From Sphagnum compactum (Eukaryota), in assembly GCA_965153455.1 (NCBI GenBank), contig OZ234494.1, positions 6,758,001 to 6,822,000 of the forward strand: a DNA stretch of 64,000 nucleotides, written 5' to 3'. The notes under the pieces are model-generated. The model had not been told where the DNA came from. It was given only the letters and a program-made list of their open reading frames with translations, and searched no databases. Of this stretch, positions 23,721 to 38,439 are shown one piece after another. Made by a program: the position numbers and the translations under genes. Position 1 is the stretch's first letter. Each line of letters starts with the position of its first letter.

Positions 23721-24679
23721 GGCTGAGTACTAATCCCGAAGGGAGAGGTAATTAGGGTTAAGGGTTGAATATTGGGTTGGTGAATCACAAAAGGGTTTTA
23801 ATTTTTTCAAAACAGAAAAAATTGCAAAAATATCATAAAAAGGTTGTGGGGTTGCCAAGATGTAAAGAATGGACAATCACATATTATCTCCATGCCGTCC
23901 ATAGAAGGAAAACCTTGATTCACACAAGCCACAAGTGCTTTTGACATAGATCATTGGATCATGGTTATAACGGCCATCCATTTTGTAACCCTAACCCCCT
24001 TGTTCAAACTTGTGTTTGCTAAACCTTCCTTCCCCCTTTAAAACCCATTTTTGTTGTCAACGTGCAAGCCTACAAGGTTACAAGCTTCAAGCTACAAGTC
24101 TTCAAGCTTCAAAGAGTTAGAGTCAGTGCACATTTCAACAAGCTTTCAAAGTGACCCCTATTCCTTAATGCATTTAGATTCATTGGCAATTACAGCTTGT
24201 TGGTAGGTGAGGTGATGGGGTTTTGATTCAAGGTTTTGGTTTTGTAGTTTTCTTGTAGCTTGTAAGTTCTTTAGAACTTGTAATCACAAGTCGTTGTTCA
24301 ATCTTGAATCTCAATGTTTAGTGACTCACTATTTTTTCAACACTCACCTTGTTGTTTGATCTCAAACTTCAATGCTCATGGTTGTTTGCATGTGTAATGT
24401 CGATTCTTGAGTCATTGAATCATGTTGCTCAAGCCTTAGTGAATTTATTTGTGTAGTCCCAAATTTTGCATCCCTTGTCATTCGATGTTCATCAATTGTT
24501 CACTTTCATCACTCAACACCAGCTCAATGGTTAGTTGCATATTCATTTTCAAATTTTAGAGTTTGAATTTGAATATGTTTTTTTTAATCAAGTATTCACT
24601 TTTAGACATGGGTCTTTTTTTGACACTCAAAAGTTAATAATTTAAATTTTTTGTGTGCATTTTGTGTATTGTTGAGTTC

Positions 24680-24830
24680 TTGGTTCAAATTTTTTTTTTA
24701 ACATTACGAGCACACATGACACCAAACTCTTGGTTTGGATTTGTTATATGAAGTTGTAGCTACACACGACACCAAACTTTTGGTTCAAATTTGTTATATG
24801 AAGTTGTAGGCACACACAACATGAATGAGT
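24680..24830. repeat. ~50-bp tandem minisatellite (2-3 units)
   Basis: GACACCAAACT(C/T)TTGGTT...ATTTGTTATATGAAGTTGTAG is repeated. Confidence 0.75.
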
Positions 24831-26149
24831 TGTGACCTAACACCTTAAAGGTTAGGCTCCTCAAACTTTTAGTTCAAACTTTAAATTTTTTTTGTGAAGT
24901 TACATCAAGGTTATGCCTTTCACTTATTGAACTTCAAATTTCTAATAATGACCTAAAACCTTGAAGGTTAAAGCTTTTCAATTTTTTGCTTCAAAGTTCT
25001 TGTGTGAGGTTGTAGGCACATAATGCACATGGGTGTAATCACAATCCAATGAACCAAAAAAGGTGTTACTGTAAAGAAAAATTGTCAAAATTGAAAAAAT
25101 ATTTAGGTTTTATTATTTAGAACCATGGCAATCATGGTAAGTTGTTACTTTTTCATTCATATGAATAACAAAAAATTCAAACCAAAAATCCATTTGATAA
25201 AATTTTAAATTCAAATTTCAATTTAAGACCTTTGAAAATGAACACCTATTGTGTTAAAATCAATTTTGCAAAAGACTATCAAAAGGATTCATATCATTTA
25301 ACAAAATTGATGGAAAAAAAAGTAAAAAGATAAAAAGCTATTAAGCACATTCAAAAAACATTCAAACCTTAAAATAGGTGGAATTCTAAAACTTTAAAAA
25401 TTCAAAGGACTTTCCAAATTTGATTTTGAATTTTAGACCTTCCAAAGTCCTTTACATTTATGAATGGGGTATGACGTACATGATGTGTTAAGAAAGTTGT
25501 AATTTATTATACAAGAAAACATAAAAAAATTTTAAATGAGTTTTTGGATATGATTTGAAATTTTTATCATATTTAAAGATGAAACATTAAATTTATAAAT
25601 AATTAACACACATTTATTCAAAAATTATCTTAAGAAAATTATTGTGTATTTGGACATATAAATATTTTTTATAGCAATTTTTTTTTAATGTTGAAAAATT
25701 CATTTGTATGAAAAATTATTTTTGAACAAAATGACATGTAGTCCTTTTCTAAAGTAACGGAATTGACTCATTGTATCTCATTTGTAACCATACTTTGAAA
25801 TGTTAAAAAATCACAAGATATAATGAGTTATAACTTGCAATGAGTTACAATGAGTTTTCACGTAGTTGTAAATCTTAATCAATTATGGTTTCACAATTAC
25901 ATGTTCCAAATAATTTCAAATTTAAATATTTTTTTGTTAATCAAGTCATGGGAGAAACCCTTGCACTTGATGTGTCTATTTCTTTTGATTTACTTAAATC
26001 CAATCATATGGGTGAATAAAAGGACCAATTACAAAACCCAAAATTAACTATTGTTCCATTTCATAATTCTAACACAATTCCTGAAATGTTTGAACCTTTT
26101 GAAAACTTAAACCCTATTTTTGTTGAAGATGTGTGCTTCTAATCCCAAA

Positions 26150-29100
26150 AAACAAAATAAAACTTTTGATATTAATGTAAATGAGAAGTTTCAAGATGTT
26201 TGAGTTTTGAAGACACCATTGGCATAACCTATTTTTAATGAAGTCGGCTTGGTTACTTTTATCAAATATCAATTTTGTTTTAAATTGAAAAAAAGGAAAA
26301 GATTTTAATGGTTAAATGGGATTCCATCAAAAAAACATGTAAGTAAAAAGGAAAACTTTTGATGGTAAATGGTTTATGGATTCAAAATGTGGGCATGCAA
26401 AAAATGAAGTTGCTAATATTTAATTATTGACAACAATTGTCTTCCAACATCTTATTGTGACAGATGCAAACATTAGACACCATTTCCTAATGAATGGAAT
26501 TCATCCATAATGTTCATCCATAATTTTTAGTTAAGTTTGAATTAACTCATAGTGAACTCATAATTAACTGACAATTAACTCCTAGGTGATTCCTAATCAA
26601 ATCCCAATTAACTTTCAGTTATGTTTCACTTAACTCATAGTTGACTTTGAATTATGAATGTTCTCAAAAAACTTCTTTACTCGATGCACACATAAAAAAC
26701 CTCCTTGGAAGCTTCCTTAAGCCAGGTCCCCAAAGGGGTATAAATAAAAGTAAAACCTTTCATTTCCTTTAGATTGTTTAACATTAGTCTTAGGCATGAT
26801 CTTACACCATAGCCTTGCCATGTTCTTTTCCTGTTCATGTTTACATATGTTAACATAATAAAAATTTGTTTTCACATTTGTCTTGCACAACTTGTGTTCT
26901 TGTTTTTAATTTTTATGTTCTTATTTTTTATTTACATAATCTTGTCTTGTTCCTTGTTTGAAAGATAGACTTAATCTTTCCTTTATCCTTTGTTCTTATG
27001 GTTTTTCGTGTCCATGACATTTAGTTTTAGTCAAGTAACAGAAGACAAGTAAAAACTTTTTCAATTTGTTATTGTTCTCAATTTTTTGAATAAAAGCAAT
27101 TTAATGATAGATTATGAGAATTTTCAACCTTTGTTTAAGTTTTTAAATTTTTGATATATCCCTAAAACACATTGGTTTGATGGGGCTAGTTCAAAAATGG
27201 CAAAGACACATAGTCATGAAATGAAAAAAAAAACTAAAGTTGTTGTTTAGAATGCCAAGTTTGGTATTTTTTACTTTTGATAAGGTCACATCCATGGATC
27301 ATGCAAGTTGAGCAAATGTGTAAGGTTATGTTGTGCAAGATTGTTGTCAAATACCTTCGTTGTTGAATGTCCAACAAGTGCTTTCTAGATCTAAAGCTAA
27401 TAATTTAACTTTATTAATCATGAATTCATTGATGACACATGGGGGTTTGAAGGAATAGGAACTTATTTCAAGGTTAGTTTGTCTCGGTGCTAATGGGGTC
27501 AACACTTTCCAAGGCCTTAGATTTAAAGTTATAGTTTAAAGTTAATGTCAATATGTTCCCTTTGTCATTAGTGTGCATTGTATGGTTCATTGGACAAACT
27601 TGGGAGTGTAAACCTTTTCAAACCTATCTTTGGTTTTTGCATTGAGAGTTTTTTGCAATGTATCCATGCTTATTTCAACCATAGCCCCAAGAGATATTTG
27701 GAATTTGTTGAATTGGTAGAAAATCATGGAAACAAAAGGCAATAAAATATTGTGGAACATGAAAACTAAATAGATATTCATGATCAATCTTGTCAAATAT
27801 GTTGTTTGAATATCACATTCTTTTCATGAAGATGATGTTAGATGCACCCAAGATAGCTTTTGCCAAATCTAACTTGTGTTTGTTAACTAATGTTGAAACA
27901 TTTATGGGGTTGGATGTTATTATGCCACTACTAAAGATAATACATTTTTTGATCAAATTTGCACAATTGCAATGACATGTTTGTGTGTGATTTTATTGCA
28001 ATAGTTAAGATTTGTGAAGGGGATGTATATTGGATGTATTGTGACATCCATTCGTTTTTTTAAGGCAATATGTTTATGAATTTCCACGTCTTGATCAATT
28101 ATGTTCAGGAGAGCATAAATCTCCATTAGATTATTAATTTGAATATACAATCAAATCATTTAGCATTTGAGTTTGTTGGACAACATATTTTGGCCACATT
28201 TGTAATCTTTTTTTGTAAACCCATTTCATTGCATGTAGATGCCCTTATTGTAGAAAAAATCTTTGAGTAAGGTAGATCGGCCCATCACTGATCGCTTGCC
28301 TATGACCAAACACTTATTTATATCTTCATCATATGTGCTTCATTTTGAATGATTTAAAATGATATGGGAGTGTTACCTCAAGCTCTAGAAATCATCTTTG
28401 AAGTGCAAAGAGAAAAGAGTAATATAAAAAATAACAAGAAGAAAAATAAGCTTTCCAACGTACAAAATGCGTTTTTTTCTTTTTCATTCTCTTTGGACCC
28501 CTCCTACTTTCAAACCTCATAACTTTCTTATTTCTTATTCATTTTAAATGATTTAACATGTTATAGGAGCGCCACCTAAAGTTCTACAAATCATCTTGGA
28601 ACTTTAATAGCAACATAATAGCATACAAGGAATTTTTTGGGTGTTTGGGAACTGGCTTTTGTAGTGTTTGGTGGTTTGTTTTTTTGAGTTTTTGATCCCC
28701 TTTACTTTGGGGGGTTGTAACTTTTTCATATCTAAACTATTTTTTATGATTATTAGTGCATCAAATGCGCCAAGAAAAAGGCTCAAGTTTTGTTTGGACA
28801 CCAGAAACAATGGAGCTTTCCTTTTCGATTTGGCCTACCCTAAACGTTTAAGCGTTTAGTCACCGGTCGATCTACCCTACTTCAAGTTGGTTGAATTTAT
28901 TGTCATACAAGTTATTGGTTTATTGAAAAATGAATGTTGTTTGTCTAGGTTCACCTTCAAGAAGACTAAACTACAAAACAAATTGATTCCACATTTGGAG
29001 CTAGTCATTCATATGTTCAACCATAAGTTTTCACCTTGCAAGACTTTCCTTTTGGAACAACAATTCCAAATTGGAAAAATAATAGAACTCGATATGAAGT
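26150..29100 (+). mobile_element. Decayed hAT-superfamily transposase, interrupted by nested insertions
   Basis: Piecewise translation gives IPKTHWFDGAS, (F)DKVTSMD, LVCLGANGVNTFQG, SVHCMVHWTNL and a C-terminal dimerisation-like segment VIGLLKNECCLSRFTFKKTKLQNKL..HLELVI. Numerous stops and frameshifts. Confidence 0.72.
28270..28877. mobile_element. Non-autonomous TIR element (MITE-like, 608 bp) with TA duplication, inserted in the hAT remnant
   Basis: Ends are TA|AGGTAGATCGGCC and GGTCGATCTACCC|TA. Removing the element and one TA restores the reading ATC TTT GAG TAC TTC AAG TTG GTT GAA (IFEYFKLVE). Confidence 0.8.
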
Positions 29101-30273
29101 TTGAAGGTTGCTCAAGTTTCACATTTTTCTCCTTTGCATCTTATATCATGATTATTTGAACTTGAACCTTTTTTTTTTTTTTTGGCGATTTGGTTGGATA
29201 TTGAAATGTTTGCAAAGTTGGAAGTTGGATATTTGGTTTACTTGTTGCAACTTGTTTCACTTCTTTATTGGCCCACCAAAATTTTGAGTTGTTGAGTTCC
29301 TTAACCTTGTTACAAAAGTTTGTTAAGTTTTTTTATGAAGCTCCTATTTAATGGTTCATTGTTATGAATCTACGACATCATTTTGAGAATGACTTGTGGG
29401 CCATGGATGGTAGGAATTGGCAATGGGCATACAACATTTAGTTGATTATTTTTAATGGTTGCTACAACTTGAGTTTTGATGGTATCAAGACAAATGAACC
29501 TCCTTTTGTTTTCATGATTCATGGTTTTGGTATAAGGTGCACCTTCAACCAATCCCCTTTTGCACCTTTTGGAATTATGATTTGTGTTTCATGATGAACA
29601 TGCAAAGTTAATATTTTTCTTTTTGCATGTTAGGTTTTATGCTACAATGGGTAGGGCCTTGATGGGTTATGGTTCAATTCCCCCATATAGATTTGTCACC
29701 ACAAATTGAAAATAAAAAACCCTTTGTTTACATAAGATGTGATAAAATTTTAAAGCTTGTAAATCTAAAACTTATTTAAAAAATTCTCCTTTTGCAAATT
29801 AGGATCAACCAAATGAATTCCCAAATTGCTGAAAAAATTTACATTTATCCTTGCCATGTAACCAATTCAAAAAAAAAAAAACCCATTGCTCTAAGGGGTT
29901 AGATGGATAATAATTTTTGCTAAGTTTTTTGCACTTGAACCCATCCAACAAAAGTACAAGGCAAATGAGAACACAAGTAAACACAACCTAAAGAGAAAAC
30001 AAAAGCAAACAATCAACAAAAATAAGGTAAAGACCTTATGCAAAGAGGACTCGTGACTACAAAATGACAATCAACGATAACAAAAAAAGACCTAAGATGA
30101 AAGAATTGTCATTTGACACAAATCAACTAACGATGGAGGTGCACGAGCTATGATGTGTGAGGAGGCTTGATTTGAACGGTCTTCATTCCAGAGATCCTCC
30201 AAAGCCTTGTTGATATTGTCAAAAGCCCTAGGGCCTATGACTCCAGCTTTTTGATCTAAAAGCCCTGCTACCC

Positions 30274-30464
30274 TATCAAATTCTAATATATTTTGATAGA
30301 TAAATTTTGATATAAATTTTGATATAAATTTGAAAATAAATTTTGATACATAAGCTTAACAAAATATATCAAATTTGATACATAAGCTTAAATAAATAAA
30401 TAAGCTTATTTGATACATAAGCTTATTTATTTATTTATCTATCAAAATATATTAGAATTTGATA
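30274..30464. repeat. AT-rich hairpin with perfect 32-bp arms and internal short duplications
   Basis: TATCAAATTCTAATATATTTTGATAGATAAAT (30274-30305) is the reverse complement of 30433-30464. TTTGATACATAAGCTTA occurs three times inside. Confidence 0.9.
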
Positions 30465-33400
30465 TGTAGCTTTACCTTTCAAGAGAATATGTATTAAACC
30501 AGTTTTGTCCTCCAATTCTGACTTTTATGAAAAGCCTTCAGTTTCAATTCTGAGAAATGAATTGGAATTGTCTCGGTTTTGATTCCGATTCCACACATTA
30601 ATTAAAAAAAACTTGGAATTGTCTTCATTTTGGTTCCCAATTCCAAACAAAAATAAAACTGGAATAGATATTCTTTGCACCATTTCCGTGATGCTCTGCA
30701 AAAGTTTTCATGAGAACCTCACAAGTACTTTGTTCAACTTGTGATGTTTGTCATGCTTGGGGGGAGGGGAGGGGGGGGGGGGGTAGAGAGGCATTCTATT
30801 GCAATTGCCATGATTATCTAGTACTAGATATGCATATAATTAAACTAAACTGGGTATGTAGGCGGTCTTTCTACTAGCTTGAAAATTGGCCTTTGTTATG
30901 TATCCAAAGGGCCAACAAGAGAATTGACCCAAAAAATTTCTTGAAGCTAAGAATTATGCGTTTTGCATATCAAACTTGAAAGTGTAAAATTATTAAATAG
31001 TCAGATTGATCTTCACACAACCTTAACAATGTGGGTGCCCACTAGGTATATTTTTGGGCATTCAGTGTTCTAATCCAATGGGGGGGGGGGGTGGGGGGAG
31101 GGGAGAAAAGGGAGAGGAACCAATGGACTCCAAACATGTTGCACTCCAAAAAGATTAGGAGGACCCACAAGGCCACTTTTGAAGCTTTTATTTGGCCCCT
31201 TTAGTTGGCTTTTGTGCCCTTTCGCAATTAAAGGGCCCATTCCATTCCCAAGCATGATTGGTTTTTGATTCACTTTTCAAGAGCTTTTATGAATCATCAA
31301 TTTGCATTTAAATTGACATTCGGAAGACCACAAAATAAAGCTAAGAATATATGGCTGCTTGTCCCACTTAGGAAAACACTTGTAAAAAGTTCTTCAATTA
31401 TAGGACATAAAAAAAACTGGTTCCGTAAATATTTTAAATTTTTGAATTGAATGAGGGGAAAGTAGTTGTCCCTTGTTGATCTTGTTAACTTGATTTGACA
31501 AAATGGTGGTCTCTATGGTTTGGGTGAGAGTTAAAAGGCATGGAATCGTTTTGACAATGCTACAATTTTCACATGTCCAATGTGTGAGTTTTGTTACGCA
31601 TATATTGTTTTTTTTCATGCATTTGTGAAGGTTTTATTGGTTTTGTCCATAGGAAATAGATTGTGCATTGGTGTAGGATATGGGGATAAAATTGTGGCTT
31701 GAACTTGACCCAATGTGCAAGTGACATTTTGATTATTATTATGTGTGCATATGATGAATGGGCATATTTAATGAAAGGGTTCTAGATCCAATAAGGGAAG
31801 TTTTTAGTTTGAAATTTGTCATGCCATAAAAGATAGAGTCATCAAGGGATGAACTACTTGTTCAAATGGAAAGGTAGTGAAGAAGCATGAGGCTTTATTC
31901 GGAAGCCAAAACTCATATATGTAGATTTTAATGACAACAAACATGTATTTTTTCTCAACAAATTGGTATGCCTATTTTGTTATCATCATATTAACAGAGC
32001 TAGGGTAGATAGGTTGATATCCAAACACTTAAAATTAAGAGGGTATAATGCATTGTTTTCAAGCATTTTGCTCTATGAATATACCCATTTTCCTTTTTTT
32101 CTTCTTTGTTGTTTAATTGTTTTGAAAGTTCCAAGAGATATTGTAAACCTTCACTTGATGCACCCATAGCCATGAAAATCATTATAAAAACACAAAGAAT
32201 GAAAAACATATGAATAAATGTTTGATTATTGACTTTTGTTTCATAATGGGCATGTCAAACCTTAATGTACACTCTATTTTACCAAACATGTTTATTTCAC
32301 AATGTGTTCATAAATCATAACTATTTCCAAAAAATAAGATGATTTAGTCATGTGCATTATTGCCATTATGGAAGTTATGGAAAATAGGTCATGTTCAAAG
32401 GCATGCAAAACATAACCATATTTCGTGAAAATTGAAATGCCTTATTTTCATCCATGTAAAGAATGACTATGAAATTTTCATCCAAGTAAACAAAAGGTTA
32501 TAGAATCATCGGGCAAATGAGAGCCCAAAGTGGTAGCTTGTGTTAATTAGTAGGTCATTAATGAATAGGTTGTAACTCATGACCTAACAACGAATTAAAG
32601 CATTAAGATTCTCATGAAGGATGGTTATGGTATTATGTAGATGAAAGTTTTATGATGAGGAGTTCACATTTTTCCTTGCATGACATGAAGATTCACATCA
32701 TTTGATGGTAAGGCCTTTAGATTGAATTGTGTGGTATCAAGGTACCTTTCGAGTATGTTGTGTTGAATGTTGTAGGTACATGAACATGAAAGCTTTCATT
32801 CTAAGCTTGCCAAAGTCCTTGTTAAGTGTCTTCCCTTGGTACACATTAATCAAACTAATGTGGCCTGTGCCATTGTCCCAAGTGTTACCACGTCCTCAAC
32901 TAAATTTTCCTTCCAAAACCTGGTTTTTTGAAATTTATTTGAATTTTCAATGGCAGAAATCACTTAAAAATCAATATCTCCCACATTTTGAATCCAAATC
33001 TTACCAAATAAATTTCATTAAATCCTCCTCATCAAGATCTTTCCAAGAACACCAAAGGCACATTCCAATTCCTTCAAAATTTTCAGCTATGATTTAATTT
33101 AATTTTCAGTGAAAAAATCGTTCAATATTCAAGAACTTTTGCACCGCAAGTCCAAACGTCATGGAACCAAGCCCATGCACACCCCCTTGAGAGCTTTCCA
33201 AATACACCAAGAACATGATCTGAAGCATCCTAGTTCGGTGGATCTCGTAACTACAAAACGAAACAAAGTACCATTATGAAAGAAATTACCTTTCTTCATA
33301 GATAGATTTAACACTAAAACTTTTGCCCATAAACATCTTGTCACATGTTTCAAATTAGTTAGGTTTATGCACCAATTTGAAAACTAGAAAAAAAATTTAA

Positions 33401-35793
33401 CCTTATAAATTATTAGTGTACTACTTTGTATGCTTAGAGGAAATTAAAAAATGGAAAAATTATGTAGATGTTGCACAAGTTATTAAAACAATTGAAAAAC
33501 ATATTAGTTAATTTTGTGACACATTTTGTTTGTTTATTGGTTTTCTATGAATTAAAGGAGCAGTAAGATTACTGAATCCAATGTCTATGTGGTTTTCTTA
33601 CCCTAGAATCCAAATTTCACAAAATAAGTTTTTCTAATGAAATTTATTGTAACTTGTTGTTAGACTATGTTAGGCATTGGCCCAATATCTTATGTAAGCC
33701 ATGTGATGACCAATGTTGAAAATAAATTGTTTTTGAAAATGGATGCATGTTGGAAATAGATTAAATTTTGAAAATGTGCATGTGTTTTTTTGTCACATTT
33801 AAAAAATGATTGAAAATGATCAAATGTTCATACCATCATGGTTCATTGTTTTTTAAATTGTAAATTACAACTTTGTTTTATATACCATTTACATCATACC
33901 CCCTTGCTAATTGGTTAAGGAATTTTGAAATTCATACATTTTGAAATCTCAAATGTACTTTTAAAATATTCAAATTACACATTTTAAAAAAAGTATTGAG
34001 GGACTTTTTTAGTGTGGCTTGTAATTACATATCATTTAATGTTTTTGGGTCATCAACAAGTTTGTATTTAAATAATTTAACGGGCCATTAATTAAATGGA
34101 CATCATTTAATGTAGTTTCACAATTTCAAAAGCATTTAATCCAAACCAAAACCTAAAATTGAATTACATGAATATTTAATTTGAATTACCTAACATTCAT
34201 ATTGATCATTTATCACAACTTACCATGATTTTCAAATGGAAATACATAAACTTATTTAAAATTGTATGGACTTTTCATTGTGACATGACTACCTTTTGAC
34301 TCATGTGATTGTGTTTATGATAAATTACCTATTGTCTATCATTTCAAAACTTCAAATTTATTTGCAATGTATTTGGCTCATTTGTCCACTCTTTTCATGG
34401 GTGGGCATTTTAAACACTTTTCCAAGGCATGAAAAATAAAATTTTAAAGTTATTAAAAACATTACACCTATTTGTGTTACATTAGGTTTTTCCTTATAAG
34501 TTGGGGTGATAGGTTGAAAATGTTTTTACGGTATCAATAGAACAACCATTTTGGGTGGTTTTTAGACATTAGACCACTTTGTAACACATTTGGTTTCAAT
34601 TGCCAAAAAATCCTGGTGTCACGATTCTAATTATATGTAAAGCACTAGTCTTGACACATATCATATATGTTGTTGCTTCAATGTTATTGACCTTTTTTGT
34701 TCATCATTTTAATCAAAATTGTTTACATCCAATGCACATTACCTAGTATGTTTAAGATGGTTGTATGTTTGTGAATTATTTGGACATTGATCCCTTGTAC
34801 ATAAGGTGTGAATTGGAATTTGGCATTAGTTATGTGACACAATCCATATTAATATAATGATGTTAGAATGTCATTGTTTTGATTCAATTAATTTGGAACA
34901 GAAAAAATGTGTTGTAATTTTCCATGGCATTTTCAAGCAAATAAAAACATATTCAATCCTAATCAACCACTCAATAGAGAGGACATTTAATCCCTTGAAT
35001 ATCAAAATGAACATTGATTACTTGCCAATATAGCTAAACCTTTTATCACTTTTCTGCTTCCAAATTTTGCTTATTTGCAAGTGATAATTCAATTCCAAAC
35101 AAGACCAAATTTATACCAGCAAGTCTTGACATTTGTGTGATCATGTTTTACAAAAGCTATTTGCTTTCATTGGGCCGATACTAAATTGCACACATGACTC
35201 AACACAAATAGAATAAAATTAATTCCAAAAGTTGGTTGAATGAAATTTAATTTGGTTGCAACATGTTGAAGGAACATATAGCACAATATGAAGGAAGGGT
35301 TTCAAACTAGAAGACCATGCTTTTGATTGATAATTTATGGAAAAGTTGAATAAACCAAAAATGTATTCCTCTCTCACTTTAGAATTGGGCAAAGCCATTA
35401 ATTTGTCCATATGCCTCTGTACATACTAATCGATTGCACAAGCATTGCTTCACTAGGATTCCTTTCACCATACACAGATGTGACCTCAAAGACTGCCTAT
35501 TTGTTTGAACTTGTGTTTGAAGAAAGTTGCACATGGGGACAAAATTGCCACCCATAGCCATAGATTTTGTTTTTCACTCTTTTGTGCCAGCACCAATTAT
35601 GTGAACTTTATAACGTTCCTTTGAGGGTGGTCAATGGTTCTACTTTTGAACACAAAGTTTTTAGCATAATATACAGTTACGCATCCTCAGCTCGAAAGCT
35701 GACATACTATATATCCATGAGAATTGAGATTGCAGAGAGAAATCTCCACAACAACAATTTGAAACGTAAACTGACAACAATGAGTGCAGCTGC

Positions 35794-35912
35794 AAACTTA
35801 TGATAGTCGCTCACAAAGTGTCGGAGCACATCATCACCTTCACTTAGAGTAGCAGTGACAAGCTGCCATTGAGTACTAACTACCAACTGACTTCATCGGC
35901 TCCCAAAAGTGT
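35794..35912 (-). repeat. Dispersed copy of the repeat found in the PDC introns
   Basis: The reverse complement TTTGGGAGCCGATGAAGTCAGTTGG...CAGCTTGTCACTGCTA...GAAGGTGATG...ACTTTGTGAGCGACTATCATAAG aligns with ~59057-59173. Confidence 0.75.
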
Positions 35913-38396
35913 TTGTAGGTAATGATGAGCTGACAAGAATACTCCACATATTTGCTAACTGCAATATTCCAATGCTGTTTTTTGTTGTCTGTGGAAGCTC
36001 TCAATCACATTAGTTTACATTACTTGCTCCAATTTTCAAGCCTTAAACTAAACCCATGATACAAAATATCTGCAAAAAAATTTGGACAGTGCATCAAATG
36101 TGTGCACCATGCATCAGGTGATACACAGTGTGCTCTAGCATTATACATCACAGTTCTGAAGAACAAACAGGTACACGATCAATCATACCTCAGGTAAATC
36201 CAACCAGCTTCATATATCTCCAAATCAATCCCCATGGGTTTCAGCACTCTTGATTTGCCTGTTACTAGGATTGGTATTATAGCTAAGAGTTGTGAAGCCA
36301 ATTTCCCACTTGCATAATGTAGGCTCTGCTGCACAAGTGAGTTTTGAAAATTATACAAACTGAGAAGGGGATTTATCGGATCGCAGAGGCTTCTCAGATA
36401 GTACAATGATATGGCTGTGAAGGTCCCTGGGATCCACAAAGAGCCAACCATTTCATTAAAAAGCTCTGAAAGATGCAGACAGCTAGAATTTTTTTCACCG
36501 TTCTTCACAGCCACAAATTAGCAGAATGAAAAGAAAAACAAATATAAATTATTGCATCACATATTGCAACCATGCACTCATTTTTCTTCACTTGGCTCTT
36601 ATTGCATATTTCAATTGTGGCAACCAACATATACACGCTCTACAGCATATCCTAAAAGACACCCTTTTCGACAAGTAGAAATCTTCAACACTTTTCAAGT
36701 TGCCAGTCACCCGTAGCAGATTGCCTGGTCCTAGAGGAACCATAAAACTGTGCCCATTACCCCTCAAGAAGACAAAAGGGGAGATTCCTTAAAATCTTTC
36801 AAATACAGTACAAGGATTCCTTTCACAGCCAACAAAAACAGAAACAATTTATGCAAGCAGACAATTCCACCACAATATCAAATTGCATTGAGATCATTCA
36901 GATGGTGAAGCATTACCAAGCTTATCAGTTGCAAACAAGAGGGGCAATTACTGCTCCCTGGAAGTTTACAGCCCTGCAAAAGCTTAGAGGCTATGGCAGA
37001 GCTATGCTGATCATATATCGGAATGATCTGAAGTAGTTGAAATATCAATGAATGCATATATTGAAGGCTACTTTCAAGACTAACTCAAATGTTTGTTGGA
37101 CATCCCTGGCACATAACAACAGATTGGACAACAGATTTCAATTTTATGAACTCCCTTTGACAACTATTTTCCTTAACAATCTGAATGGGAATAGGGTTTA
37201 GAAGCTAATTAACACTAACCAAATCTGTCAGCTCATAGTTGACAAGCAAGCAAAATGATAGCATTAAATGACTTAGTTGCCTATAATTTATGTAGAGTTT
37301 TCCTACACAATTAGGAGCTGTTCAATACATCAATATAATTTGGAAAAATCACCAATGAACTTCATGATCAAAGGATGAGAAAATTTGACCTTGTCCTAAT
37401 TGGATTAATCTAAAAGTATGTTGGCTAATGGCCATACAGGATTAAGCCTTTTGGTTCGCTTAAATTAGGTTTAGTTGTGGGAAGACAACATAGGCTTGTT
37501 TCCAAAATGGAACTACCCCTCTTGCTTTTCAAACTTGCCAAACAGAAACATCAAGCCAGTGTCCAAGTAGTTGGGACTCATGGTTTGCCTTCTTGCAAAG
37601 GGTTGCAGATTCAATTCATCACTACCAGGCCATGCTCAATGTTACCTAAGAAACTTAGCCTAGTTATTATATGGCTTACAATTGGTTGTGGGAAATCATG
37701 AAATGATGTGGATACCTAGGGTTCTAACCCAGGGAAGGGTGACATAGGAGTGTTGCTCTGATTCAATCATGTGGTGTGCCTAAAGGGTCAAACCCAGGGA
37801 AGGTCCTGGGTCAAGTGAAAGGCATTGCTCCAATTCTAGGGGTTAAGAAAAACGACCACATTTGACAAGGAGTAAGTAACCCTAAGTTTTCAATTTGGGA
37901 AGGGGTTGAGTGAATTAACAGGCAGCATCCAGAAAAACACACCTTCAAGATCTCTCATAGATGGGAAGAGCTTGAAACCTTACAAAATGTAAGAATATCA
38001 AGGCACCCCACATCTGCTTGGAAATTGAAACTTTATGCTTTTAGGATCAAAACATTGGATTGCAAAACATGAAAACAAAAATGATTTCAGAATTTCAAGA
38101 ACAATTGCAAAATTACAAATGGAAGAAGAGATCAAACCTGACATAGTATAGGAAGAAGGCCAATTGCAACCCATGTCTGCTTGGCAATTTGTAATTCAAG
38201 TTTGTCATTGATGAAACATCAAAGAAAAAGGAATTCAGAACTTTATGATGGACAAATGGGAAATCCATGATGTGGGTAGTAACAACTTGCACACGATAAG
38301 GTTGCAGTACTGGAGATATCCAAAATCTATGACAAACTTCATAATGAATTGAATGTCATGTGGCAGGTTGCAAAAAGAATGAGACCTGCACAGAGA

Positions 38397-38400
<4 letters not shown>

Positions 38401-38436
<36 letters not shown>
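38401..38436. repeat. (GA)n microsatellite upstream of the second F-box gene
   Basis: Uninterrupted GA run. Confidence 0.9.
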
Positions 38437-38439
<3 letters not shown>

